Below are positions 1-9,021 of a DNA stretch of 56,219 bases, one piece after another. The position numbers were made by a program, and so were the translations under genes. The notes beneath the pieces are model-generated. The model had not been told where the DNA came from, did not search any database, and was given only the letters and a program-made list of their open reading frames with translations. The stretch is from Planctomycetota bacterium (GTDB lineage Bacteria; Planctomycetota; Planctomycetia; Pirellulales; UBA7805). Position 1 is the first letter of the stretch; every line of letters starts with the position of its first letter. The stretch lies in NCBI GenBank assembly GCA_036337375.1, contig JAYZEI010000204.1, forward strand, positions 1 through 56,219, written 5' to 3'.

Positions 1-260
1 AGCAGTTCGTCTTCTTTGTGCTTGACGCCGGTGTTGAGAATGTCCCAATCGATGCAATGATCGCAACGGTAGTTACATGCTGTGGTCAAATCGAGATTGA
101 TCGACAGCGGCGCAGCGTCCGGCGGAAGCGGTGGTTGGAGCCCGGCCGAGTTCGCCTGCTTCAATTCCGCCTGCCAGCGGACGTAATCAACGACACGAGG
201 CAGCACCGACTGCTGCCGCAATTTGGAACCAAAATCATGAAAATCGTGAGCGCCATCCAT
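1..260 (-). CDS. Radical SAM enzyme, N-terminal part (C-terminus lies beyond the window start)
   Basis: Hand-translating the minus strand gives MDGAHDFHDFGSKLRQQSVLPRVVDYVRWQAELKQANSAGLQPPLPPDAAPLSINLDLTTACNYRCDHCIDWDILNTGVKHKEDELL. It contains a canonical CxxxCxxC radical-SAM cluster motif (TTACNYRCDHC). The ATG at 258-260 lies 18 bp after the stop of the upstream Gfo/Idh/MocA gene, and the reading frame runs open to position 1. This gene is not in the supplied ORF track because it is truncated. Confidence 0.6.
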   Translation of the reverse strand, partial: MDGAHDFHDFGSKLRQQSVLPRVVDYVRWQAELKQANSAGLQPPLPPDAAPLSINLDLTTACNYRCDHCIDWDILNTGVKHKEDEL

Positions 261-277
261 GGCTCGCCTTCCTTGGC

Positions 278-1294
278 TCAGCCGTCGAAGTCGATCTGCG
301 CCGCGAGGTATACGTCGTCAAGGACTCGGACGTTATCCAAAATGCGGTCGTCGACGTTCGACCAGTTTGCGGAGTTTTCAATGCGTCTTATAAAGTCCGC
401 CAGCAATAATCGCAACGGATCTTCGACCGGAACCAACGCATCACGGTGATCGGACGGGTCAAATTGCGGCCCAGCATCCAGGTCCAATGCCTCCAATGGA
501 GTGTCTATTGATTCAAAAAACGCATCATATGTCGCCAGGTCGATGCGTCGAAGCACGGTGCAGCCGTTGATAGCGTAACCAGCCGGGCGGGGCTGCACGG
601 GGCCATGTACCAACCGAACCTTGACGCGTACTTCGCCGGATTCGTGAACGTAATTCAACGCGAGTAACAATTGGCCGGGTCCGGACCGCTGGAAAGTGAT
701 TTCTTCCACACGGCCCCCGACCGACGCAGACGAAAACAACATGCTCAACACATGCGGCATGGCGTTAGGAATCATGCCGATCCCCTCGTCGGCCGGCGCG
801 AGCAGCATTTCCAACCGATCCATACCGCCATTGGGAGAAGCTGCGGGATGGCATTGATGAAAAGCAGGCAGCGTATAAGGCCACTGCTGATTGACCATCA
901 GCACCAGACCGGCATTGGCAAAACCCTCCGCGATCTCGGTCGCATCCGCCAGATTTTTTCGGCCGGAGTCAAACACAAACGGCTTTTCGCAAAGCACATG
1001 TGATCCGCTTTCCAACGCCAACCGGAGATGCTCGCGGTGAAACTGGTGCGGCGAACAAATGGCGACCGCGTCGAGCGTCTCGTCCCGCATCATTCTTTCG
1101 GCGCTCGAGTACCCTCGCACCAACAGGTCAAATCTCGCCTGTAAGGATTCGGCGGCCTCCGCGACGCTCTGTTGACTCGTCCCGGCAATCGCACAAACGT
1201 CCGCCCCCAATACCGCCAGATCGCGGGCGACATACTCGCCGATTCCCTGCACGCACCGACGCGCACCAATAATTCCGATTCTGGGCGTGCCCAT
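278..1294 (-). CDS. Gfo/Idh/MocA family NAD(P)-dependent oxidoreductase (sugar dehydrogenase-like)
   Basis: N-terminal Rossmann motif MGTPRIGIIGARR. The EKP motif characteristic of this family is present (HVLCEKPFV). The start was moved to the internal ATG at 1292-1294 (MGTPRIG...). The longer ORF-track start adds about 44 residues that show no sign of conservation. Confidence 0.85.
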   Translation of the reverse strand: MGTPRIGIIGARRCVQGIGEYVARDLAVLGADVCAIAGTSQQSVAEAAESLQARFDLLVRGYSSAERMMRDETLDAVAICSPHQFHREHLRLALESGSHVLCEKPFVFDSGRKNLADATEIAEGFANAGLVLMVNQQWPYTLPAFHQCHPAASPNGGMDRLEMLLAPADEGIGMIPNAMPHVLSMLFSSASVGGRVEEITFQRSGPGQLLLALNYVHESGEVRVKVRLVHGPVQPRPAGYAINGCTVLRRIDLATYDAFFESIDTPLEALDLDAGPQFDPSDHRDALVPVEDPLRLLLADFIRRIENSANWSNVDDRILDNVRVLDDVYLAAQIDFDG

Positions 1295-1445
1295 ACTATA
1301 TTTCCGTGTCCGATGGTTCCCGGAGCCATTTCTTGTTTTGACGACCGCAGAATCCGTCCAACGTACGTTAATCGTCCTCGCCACTCGATGGACGGCGGCG
1401 AAGAGCCATCCTACGAATGCTAGCAAACTCTACGGCAGCTCGAAA

Positions 1446-2351
1446 ATGCTGTGGGACCGACCCGCAACGCGCCTTTATACTTGCCCGCCAAGCCGGCACA
1501 CAACAGAAACAATCTATCAGGAATTACGCGTGGCTCCCCAACTCACGGTGATCATCGCCGTCAAGAACCACGAATCGTTGATTCGCCAATGCATCGAATC
1601 GTGTCGTGGCATCGCTGACGAAGTTTTGATTGCCGACTCCGGTGCCACCGATCGCACCATCAAAACGGCACAGCAATCGTGCGCCGGTTGGTGCGAATGT
1701 ACGGTCACCGCCCGCGACTACATTACAGCCTGCAGCTTCAAGAACTGGGCCATCTCAAAGGCTCGTCACGAGTGGATTTTGATCCTGGACGTCGACGAGC
1801 GGCTGACTGTTCAGCTGGCAACCGAAATCAAGACTACGCTGACCGGCGTCCCCGATTGCGACGGCTACCTCGTACGGCGTCACAATTATTTTTTAGGGCA
1901 TCGAGTCCGCTTTGCAGAATGGGCACGTGACCGCGTGATTCGCCTTTTTCGGCGAGACCAATTCCGTTACCCAAACGAATCGGCCGATCACGGCGAATTC
2001 GTCACCTCGAGTAAACAAATTGGCCGCCTCCAACACGTGATGAAACACTACGCGCGGCGTTCGTATGCCGAGCAGCTTGAAAAATGCCATCGCTATACGG
2101 CACTGCAAGCCAAGCGGTGGTTCGAAGCAGGACGCAGGCCGAGCCTGCTGCAGCTGCTCTTTCGCCCGCCGCTGCGATTCTTGCGGTCCTACATCGCCTA
2201 CGGCGGCGTCTTCGACGGCAAAGTCGGCGTACAGATCGCCTATCTGGCCGCCTACTACGCCTTTCTAAAACAAGCGCGGCTGTGGGAACTGTGGCAAGGC
2301 GCTGAATCGAACCGAGAAGACGAGTTGTCCGACCAGCGTCAAGCCGCATGA
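1446..2351 (+). CDS. Family 2 glycosyltransferase (GT-A fold)
   Basis: LTVIIAVKNHESLIRQCIESC...ADSGATDRT and a DVDE (DxD-like) motif, typical of GT2. The ATG at 1446 was chosen. The upstream part of the long ORF (from 1287) overlaps the divergent gene, so the exact start is uncertain. Confidence 0.75.
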   Translation: MLWDRPATRLYTCPPSRHTTETIYQELRVAPQLTVIIAVKNHESLIRQCIESCRGIADEVLIADSGATDRTIKTAQQSCAGWCECTVTARDYITACSFKNWAISKARHEWILILDVDERLTVQLATEIKTTLTGVPDCDGYLVRRHNYFLGHRVRFAEWARDRVIRLFRRDQFRYPNESADHGEFVTSSKQIGRLQHVMKHYARRSYAEQLEKCHRYTALQAKRWFEAGRRPSLLQLLFRPPLRFLRSYIAYGGVFDGKVGVQIAYLAAYYAFLKQARLWELWQGAESNREDELSDQRQAA

Positions 2352-2483
2352 TTGAATTCTGCCGAACTCTACCCGAAGATTGCCCGTCTGAAGGCGACCT
2401 TACATCCGGCGAATTAAGTTCGTCAGCGCCGACGGACGGGCGGAACACGCGCCGCCACAAATGTCGAGCCGGACACCTGCTGC

Positions 2484-3290
2484 TTAAGCCGCTTGTTTGC
2501 GGTAGCCAAGCCGTGCCAGGGTCGGTGCAATTACGGTTTCGATTTCGGCGAGTTGCACCGCCGTTTCCGCACGATACTGTGCGATTTTTTCGGGGCGGAC
2601 TTGCGTTTGCAAATAGTCACGGCAGGCGGGAGTCAGTTCTCGGCCGAGAAACCGGCAGACGGTTTGCATGGTCGCAATCGGCTCGCGACAGAGTGCTTCG
2701 AATGTGATCGTGCACATCGCTGGGCGAGCGAGTTGCACGAACTCTTCAAATCGGCACACCTGAAAATCCCACGACATCGCCGCTTGGACGTGATGCGGCA
2801 AGTTCATGGCACCGATATGCGCCAGCAACATGCGACCGAGCGGGCGTCGCGGATCATCCGTCAAATGATGCTTGAACGCAACGTCACGACCGTCCCGCAG
2901 CATGTGGATGTAACGAGCCTGTGGAAAAGTCGCCGCCACGTAATTTGGAATGAGATAAGTTTCCGGAAACTTCCAACCCCAGGCATCCCGAGTGTGTCCC
3001 AGCCAATGCAGATAACGATCAAGTGAACGATGAAAATACTTCAGCCTGCGATGTTCCGCGGCAACCGTTGACGGCAAGTGCAGCGACCCGCGGCAGATTC
3101 GTTTAATCGCCCGTGAAAACCGCAAGTCCTGCACGTCCCCCGTAGGTACATCTTCGGTAGCGCCCATCCGGATGCCGAGCTTCTGCAACGCCCAAGCCAA
3201 GACACGGGTTCCCGAATGGCCGCGTCCCATTACAACGACGGGACGTTCCTCAGCAAGTCGAATGGCACGCCGGCGCGATGAGTTGAACAT
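2484..3290 (-). CDS. Sulfotransferase family protein (PAPS-dependent)
   Basis: 5'-PSB-like P-loop VVMGRGHSGTR near the N-terminus and 3'-PB-like RDGRDV motif. Length is about 268 aa, typical of cytosolic-type carbohydrate/lipid sulfotransferases. Confidence 0.75.
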   Translation of the reverse strand: MFNSSRRRAIRLAEERPVVVMGRGHSGTRVLAWALQKLGIRMGATEDVPTGDVQDLRFSRAIKRICRGSLHLPSTVAAEHRRLKYFHRSLDRYLHWLGHTRDAWGWKFPETYLIPNYVAATFPQARYIHMLRDGRDVAFKHHLTDDPRRPLGRMLLAHIGAMNLPHHVQAAMSWDFQVCRFEEFVQLARPAMCTITFEALCREPIATMQTVCRFLGRELTPACRDYLQTQVRPEKIAQYRAETAVQLAEIETVIAPTLARLGYRKQAA

Positions 3291-3520
3291 GTGACAGCAG
3301 TGCTTTCACTATTGTGATGAACCGCGACGATCGACTCTAACAGTGCGGTTTGGCCCGGGCAAGATCAACCGCACGAGGGGTCCATATGGGCACTCAAGCG
3401 ATTTCTGCCCACCGGGCAACTGGGATTCCGTCGCCGCTGGGAAACCGATACAACCCGACTTCTCCGCGTTGCGATCCCCGCCAATACTACCGCAACCGGC
3501 CCGCAAGCAGGAATGACCCC

Positions 3521-4342
3521 ATGGCATCCGTATCGACAGCCGAACAGGCTCGCCGCGCGACGGCCGATTCTCCACAGTCCCGTAGTCGGGAACCCAAACA
3601 GCGCGCGGTCCCTGGAGTACACGACGCCGCCCGTAGGTTGTTAGATAAACTGCCGCGTGGAAATCTGGTTGACGTGGCTGCCGGCAACGGCGCAATGTCG
3701 CATTGGGCCAGCGCAAACGGCTTTCAAGTGACGGCCGTCGACGTTGCGCCAGATTTATTCGAGTTGGAGGACGTCCAGTTCATCGAGGCCGACTTGAACG
3801 AACGGCTTCCATTGCCCGAAGAATCGGCCGATGTTGCCGTCGGCTGCGAGATCATCGAACATCTGGAAAACCCTTTTCATTTTATGCGCGAGCTGGCACG
3901 CGTGACTTGCCCCGGCGGGCACGTTGTTATCTCGACTCCAAACGAACACAACGTTCAATGCCGCTGGTCCTATTTCACGACGGGCTTTTACGGACATAGT
4001 CCGTATGTGATTCGCGAAGACGACCCTAAACTGCCGTTGCGGCACATTCATATGGTTCCCCTTTCGCAGTTGGAACTCGCCTGGCGCCGCGCCGGGTTGG
4101 AATTGGTTCGATACGAAGTGAGCCGATTTCGCAAGTGGTCGTTTCTACTGCTGCCGTTTTTATATCCGTTGCAGACGCTGCGACTAATGATCCGCATGAA
4201 GTGGTTCGTCCGAGACAAGGAAGCAAAACAACTCAATCACCGCATCTTTAGCCTGATGAATGACCCCCGCATTTTTCTCGGGCGGACGATCGTTTATTTG
4301 CTGCGCAAGCCACAACGGGAAATTAAACTGCATAAGTCCTGA
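3521..4342 (+). CDS. Class I SAM-dependent methyltransferase (paralog 1)
   Basis: Motif I LVDVAAGNGAMS, acidic motif II VTAVDV, and motif-III-like VGCEIIEHLENP...PGGHVVIST. Start set at the ATG at 3521 (MASVSTAE). Roughly 45% identical to the gene immediately downstream. Confidence 0.8.
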   Translation: MASVSTAEQARRATADSPQSRSREPKQRAVPGVHDAARRLLDKLPRGNLVDVAAGNGAMSHWASANGFQVTAVDVAPDLFELEDVQFIEADLNERLPLPEESADVAVGCEIIEHLENPFHFMRELARVTCPGGHVVISTPNEHNVQCRWSYFTTGFYGHSPYVIREDDPKLPLRHIHMVPLSQLELAWRRAGLELVRYEVSRFRKWSFLLLPFLYPLQTLRLMIRMKWFVRDKEAKQLNHRIFSLMNDPRIFLGRTIVYLLRKPQREIKLHKS

Positions 4343-4448
4343 TATCGTGAACGTAATTTCGCCACCATCGGAAATCGAAGACGCAACGGCCGCGTTGGGC
4401 TACGAAGTTCAACCGCCTGATCACACCGCGGCACCCTGTGCAATCGCC

Positions 4449-5174
4449 ATGCACGGAGTGCATGCCGCCGTGCACCGTGCGCTGGAAAAACTGCCGCGAG
4501 GCTCGCTGCTTGACGTCGGAGCAGGGCAGGGGGCCATGTCCGACTGGGCGGCGGATACGGGTTTCGACGTGACGGCCGTGGATGTCGATCGTGACAACTT
4601 CAAATTGGCGACGATCCCATTTGTCGCCGCCGATCTCGGCAGGCAGTGGCCATTCGACGACAACCAGTTTGACGTAGTGCTGTCGGTCGAAGTGCTGGAA
4701 CACGTCGAAAATCATTACCATTTTTTGAGGGAATGCTGCCGCATCTGCAAACCAAGCGGGCACATCATTATCAGCACGCCTAATTGTCATTCGATCGAGT
4801 CGCGCATCAATTACATGTTGACCGGTTACGACGATTGCGCCCCGCGGCCGATCGACCATGAGAACCCAAAGTACGGCAGCATCTACATGGAGCACATCCA
4901 CCCCGCACCGATATCAACGATCGAACTCGGGCTGCGGCGCGGCGGTTTCAAAGTCGAGCAAATGCACTTTAGCCGCAGCCGCAGAGCGTCCACGCTGCTG
5001 CTGCCTCTGGTTTATCCGTTCATGTGGTGGCGGACGTATCGCCGCATGATTCTTTCCGAGCCAAATCAAAACCTCCGCCGGCGCAACCGGCGGATCATGA
5101 AGACATTGCTCAACCCCGGTTTAATGACCGGACGCGTCGCCGTTTACACTTGCCGCAAAGCACATGGGTCGTAA
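4449..5174 (+). CDS. Class I SAM-dependent methyltransferase (paralog 2)
   Basis: LLDVGAGQGAMS...VTAVDV...VLSVEVLEHVENH...PSGHIIIST, collinear with paralog 1. The ATG at 4449 was chosen. An alternative GTG at 4347 sits right after the upstream stop and would add 34 residues. Confidence 0.75.
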   Translation: MHGVHAAVHRALEKLPRGSLLDVGAGQGAMSDWAADTGFDVTAVDVDRDNFKLATIPFVAADLGRQWPFDDNQFDVVLSVEVLEHVENHYHFLRECCRICKPSGHIIISTPNCHSIESRINYMLTGYDDCAPRPIDHENPKYGSIYMEHIHPAPISTIELGLRRGGFKVEQMHFSRSRRASTLLLPLVYPFMWWRTYRRMILSEPNQNLRRRNRRIMKTLLNPGLMTGRVAVYTCRKAHGS

Positions 5175-5191
5175 ATCACGGGGCCCAAGGT

Positions 5192-6202
5192 ATGGAGCAG
5201 AGTCAATCGACACCATTGATCTCGATCGTCACCCCGGTTTACCGAGGCGAGAAAACACTTCCGCAATTGGTGCGCCGCTGCAGGAAGGTTCTCGAATCGA
5301 TCAGCAGCGATTTCGATATCGTCCTCGTCGATGACGGCAGTCCGGACGATTCCTGGCAGGCGATTGAGGCGGAATGCCATGCGGACCGCCGCGTCAAAGG
5401 CGTTAAGTTAAGCCGTAATTTCGGCCAGCACTGCGCCATTACGGCCGGCCTGGCGGAATGTCGGGGCCAGTGGATTGTGGTGATGGATTGCGATCTCCAA
5501 GACCGCCCCGAAGAAATCCCCCGGCTTTGGGCAGAGGCCAATGCAGGACATGACCTCGTCTTCGCCCGCCGCGCCCGCCGCTCGGACGGTGTTATTAAGC
5601 GGTTGACCTCCAAAATATTTTACCGCGTTCTCGGCTATTTGACCGAGACACAGCAAGACCCGGCCGTGGGCAACTTTGGAATTTATCATCGCAAAGTGAT
5701 TGATGCCGTACTGGCAATGAACGACCAAGTCAAGTTTTTCGCCACGATGGTAAAGTGGGTTGGCTTTAATTCGTCGGCCATCGACGTAGAACACGACGAG
5801 AGAACTGATGGAGAAACGACTTATAGCTTAAAGAAGCTGATGGACCTGGCAATCAGCGTCATTCTGTCATTTTCCGACAAGCCGCTGCGACTGACCGTAC
5901 GGCTTGGGCTGTTGATCTCAATGACGGCGGTCGGGTTTGCGTTATACAACATTTATCTGTACTTCGTTGGCCGCATTACTGTGCTGGGATTTACCAGCTT
6001 GATCGTTTCGATTTGGCTACTGTCGGGTGTCATGATCACGCTGATCGGAATGCTGGGGCTTTACGTTGGGCGGATCTTCGATCAAACAAAAAACCGGCCA
6101 ACCTTCATCGTTGACCAACTGGTAAACGATTTGCAGGGTGGGGAACGGCCGGGCACCGTGAGTTTTCCGACAGCGGAAACTCCCCAACGAGTCGCCGGTT
6201 AG
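5192..6202 (+). CDS. Polyprenyl-phosphate glycosyltransferase (GT2, GtrB/ArnC/DPM1-like) with C-terminal TM helices
   Basis: ISIVTPVYRGEKTLPQL...VLVDDGSPDDS...SRNFGQHCAITAGL...DCDLQD, followed by two C-terminal hydrophobic helices (LGLLISMTAVGFALYNIYLYFVG..., SIWLLSGVMITLIGMLGLYVGRIF). This architecture is diagnostic of the GtrB/ArnC class. The ATG at 5192 is preceded by an AAGG. Confidence 0.85.
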   Translation: MEQSQSTPLISIVTPVYRGEKTLPQLVRRCRKVLESISSDFDIVLVDDGSPDDSWQAIEAECHADRRVKGVKLSRNFGQHCAITAGLAECRGQWIVVMDCDLQDRPEEIPRLWAEANAGHDLVFARRARRSDGVIKRLTSKIFYRVLGYLTETQQDPAVGNFGIYHRKVIDAVLAMNDQVKFFATMVKWVGFNSSAIDVEHDERTDGETTYSLKKLMDLAISVILSFSDKPLRLTVRLGLLISMTAVGFALYNIYLYFVGRITVLGFTSLIVSIWLLSGVMITLIGMLGLYVGRIFDQTKNRPTFIVDQLVNDLQGGERPGTVSFPTAETPQRVAG

Positions 6203-6294
6203 TGAAGCCTCTCTCCGCTCGCAGGAGGAGCGGTCAACAAATGCAAGCTGCAAAGCACGGCTGTTCGCAGCGACTCATTTCACCCATTTGATGC

Positions 6295-7662
6295 ATGACC
6301 AACGGACGCGGGGAGTTGGTGAACGGACGATTTGAACGCATGAATACAACCAACCTGCAGTCAAAACACGATCGGGCGACCCCCTGGTGGTTGTGGGCGG
6401 TACTGGCGACCGCCTTGGTGTTGATCTTTCTTCGCGCCAACAGGAGCAATGACGATGTTCGTTTTTGGTCGTACGTTACAGCGTGTGCCCATGCCGATAA
6501 TTGGCAAGGAATCTACGACAAAGAAAATAATCCATTTGCGTTCGCGCCCTATGGGCATTTATCCCTAACGATGCTTTTGTATCCGCTTGGCTATCTCTCG
6601 ATGCCGGCGATGAGAGTCTTTTTAATTCTTGCAATTCTGGGCATGTGGTACGCGATGTTCAAGTTTATGCAGGACGGCATGCGAGAGCGGCGACTCGGCT
6701 TTCGCGGGTGGGTGCCGTGGGCCTCGGCGGGGCCGATGATCGGCATGATCCTGGCGGGCCGCTATTTGCTCAACGATCTGAATCTTAAGCAGTTGAACAT
6801 GATTACGTTTACGTGCGGCTGTCTGGGGCTGTGGTTGATGATACCGGGAAAGAAATGGCCGGCGCAGTTCTGCGGTGGTGTGTTGCTGGCATTTTCGATT
6901 GGATTGAAACTGTTCACTCTGCCGCTGTTAGTAATGTTGGTGATCAAAGGCGACTGGCGCCGCGCCGCGGGCGTGTCGTTGGCGGCCATCGGAATCATTT
7001 GGCTTTTGCCCCGCGCGGTGCTAGGTTCGACACTCTACGAAGAACTGAGCGCAGTTAGCAACGCGGCGACATTAAACATGTGGCTGCAGGTGAAAGACAC
7101 AACTCAGACCTGGAGTTTTTTGAATTTTGTCCACTACCGGATATTCGTCGATCCGCTTTGGTCAGGACTTGATGCCATGTCTCCGCGCGTGTATCAGTTG
7201 ATTTGCGTACTGGCGACTGTCTTGATCGGGTTGCCGACGCTGCGGGTGCTGCTCCGCAGCCGTTGGCGCGATGAGAACGCGACCCGCCTCTGGGAAGAAA
7301 TCGCTATGGTTGGCGTCGCCTGGGCGTTGATCGATCCGGACGGCCGAACAGCGCACTTTGTGACGCTTGTGCCAGCGTTTAGTTTGATTGCTTACCGGCG
7401 ACTGGAAGCCTGGCACGACCGCCGCGAACCGCCGCACTGGTGCCAGTGGATGCTGTCTCTGACGATTGGACTGACAACACTTTGGCTCGTCCGACTGCCC
7501 GAACCGCTCGCGCATCACTGGTATATGCAATACGGACTATTCTCGACCGGCCTGTTTCTTCTCTACGGCATGACATATTACGAAATTCGCCACGCCGAGC
7601 GGTTCGCGGTCGCACAGGCAGCGGACGACCCCAAACCGCATCAGCAGTTAGCGGCCGCCTGA
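6295..7662 (+). CDS. Polytopic membrane protein, probable GT-C fold glycosyltransferase (GtrC/ArnT/DUF2029-like partner of the upstream GtrB-like enzyme)
   Basis: More than 10 predicted hydrophobic helices across 455 aa. It lies immediately downstream of, and on the same strand as, the polyprenyl-phosphate GT. That arrangement is the canonical GtrB to GT-C configuration. The start could alternatively be the M at 6340. Confidence 0.5.
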   Translation: MTNGRGELVNGRFERMNTTNLQSKHDRATPWWLWAVLATALVLIFLRANRSNDDVRFWSYVTACAHADNWQGIYDKENNPFAFAPYGHLSLTMLLYPLGYLSMPAMRVFLILAILGMWYAMFKFMQDGMRERRLGFRGWVPWASAGPMIGMILAGRYLLNDLNLKQLNMITFTCGCLGLWLMIPGKKWPAQFCGGVLLAFSIGLKLFTLPLLVMLVIKGDWRRAAGVSLAAIGIIWLLPRAVLGSTLYEELSAVSNAATLNMWLQVKDTTQTWSFLNFVHYRIFVDPLWSGLDAMSPRVYQLICVLATVLIGLPTLRVLLRSRWRDENATRLWEEIAMVGVAWALIDPDGRTAHFVTLVPAFSLIAYRRLEAWHDRREPPHWCQWMLSLTIGLTTLWLVRLPEPLAHHWYMQYGLFSTGLFLLYGMTYYEIRHAERFAVAQAADDPKPHQQLAAA

Positions 7663-7703
7663 GAGCTCAATCCAGTGCATCGAACGGCTCTTTTACACCT
7701 CTG

Positions 7704-8819
7704 CTAAGCGGCCTGAGGCCACACCGCAAAAAGCAACTCGCGATAGACTGCTAGCGTCGATTCGATCATATGACGATCCGTAAAGTTCTCTGCCGCGTGA
7801 AGAAAAGCGCGGTCGGTCGTTATTTTGGAATTCGCGGAACACAACGCTGCAACAATCGCCTCGGCCATCGATTCCGGGTCACGCGGACGGGCCGTGTACG
7901 CAACCGGCCCCTCCGGTAAGTCGGTGCCAATGGCGTCCGCAATTCCCCCCACACCGGTCGTGACAATCGGCAGGCGGGCAAACATGGCATCGACCAGCGA
8001 CGTACAGAGGCCCTCCAAGTTCGATGGCATGACAAACAGGTCTGCCGCCTGCAGCAAATCCGGAATATCGCCGCGATAGCCGAGAAACCGCACGCGGTGA
8101 CCGATCCCCAGCGACCGGGCTTGTCGGCGCAGCGAAACTTCAAGTTCCCCCGACCCCGCCAGAGCAAGATGAACATTCGGAACCGCGTCAATCACGCGGG
8201 GCATCGCCTCGAGCAAATACTCGTGTCCCTTATGATCGGTCAAATTGGCAACCACCAAAATCAACTGCTCGTCGTCTTCAATTCCCAAGCCTACCCGACC
8301 ACGACGGCGGTGCCCGGACTGTGCTCGCGACGGATCGACGCCGCTGTGGACAATCCGAATCATTGCATCGGGAATTCCGCCAACTCTACAAACCTGGGCG
8401 ACCGGGTTTGAAATTGCGATGACAACATCCGCCAACCTCGTGAACTTGCTCGCGGATCGGATTGGAAAATCGACGCGGCGGGCTGCGACACGCAGCGGGA
8501 TCCCCAAACCAAGCGAAGCGAGTCCAACCGCAGTCAGCGCGTGGCCATCGTGGGCGTGTGTCACGTCGGGGCCGATCTCTTTTAGCCATCGACGGGTCTG
8601 CCACAAACCGCTCGGGCCACGGCCACGCCGCCGAAATTCGCGGACTTCAAATCCGTCGCGACGTGTCCTCGCGGCAAACTCGCCCCCACGCCGCGCGAAA
8701 ATGACGACTCGATGGCCTCGCTCGCGCAGACCGCGGATCAACAAACTCGCCTGCCCTTCGCCACCGTGCCAGGTCTGTTGTGTCGATACGTGGACGGTCG
8801 TTAATCTACTATCAGCCAT
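7704..8819 (-). CDS. Family 4 glycosyltransferase (GT-B, GT1 superfamily)
   Basis: The C-terminal half has the GT4 signature: LILVVANLTDHKGHEYLLEA...LALAGSGELE...FVMPSNLEGLCTSLVDAMFARLPIVTTGVGG (EX7E-like region). The start was moved to the ATG at 8817-8819 (MADSRLTTVHVS). Confidence 0.85.
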   Translation of the reverse strand: MADSRLTTVHVSTQQTWHGGEGQASLLIRGLRERGHRVVIFARRGGEFAARTRRDGFEVREFRRRGRGPSGLWQTRRWLKEIGPDVTHAHDGHALTAVGLASLGLGIPLRVAARRVDFPIRSASKFTRLADVVIAISNPVAQVCRVGGIPDAMIRIVHSGVDPSRAQSGHRRRGRVGLGIEDDEQLILVVANLTDHKGHEYLLEAMPRVIDAVPNVHLALAGSGELEVSLRRQARSLGIGHRVRFLGYRGDIPDLLQAADLFVMPSNLEGLCTSLVDAMFARLPIVTTGVGGIADAIGTDLPEGPVAYTARPRDPESMAEAIVAALCSANSKITTDRAFLHAAENFTDRHMIESTLAVYRELLFAVWPQAA

Positions 8820-9021
8820 CGGCGTTGCCACATCGTCTAAACGACCCCCGGACAGGCAGTCGAAAGTGGCCGGTGCGATCTCGCCCAGAGATGCTGCATC
8901 CGCCCGACTGCTTGCGCTGCCAGCGCCAACTTTACCCGCCTCCATCCCGCCAACCCAACCCCAATCGTGCTAGCACGAACTGCAATTGTGGCTCGGCTCC
9001 ACTGCACGTTACATTCCCGGG

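Noticed and set aside
18-449. 143-aa plus-strand ORF at the window start
   Set aside because: It is antisense to the better-supported radical SAM and Gfo/Idh/MocA genes and has no recognisable motifs.
2002-2460. 152-aa minus-strand ORF with a poly-Arg run (RRRRRRRRC), antisense to the GT2 gene
   Set aside because: The poly-Arg stretch is simply the antisense of a GCC/GCG-rich coding stretch. It has no independent support.
8245-8973. 242-aa plus-strand ORF antisense to the GT4 glycosyltransferase
   Set aside because: It is Pro/Arg/Ser-rich with no motifs. The GT4 gene on the opposite strand has clear family signatures.
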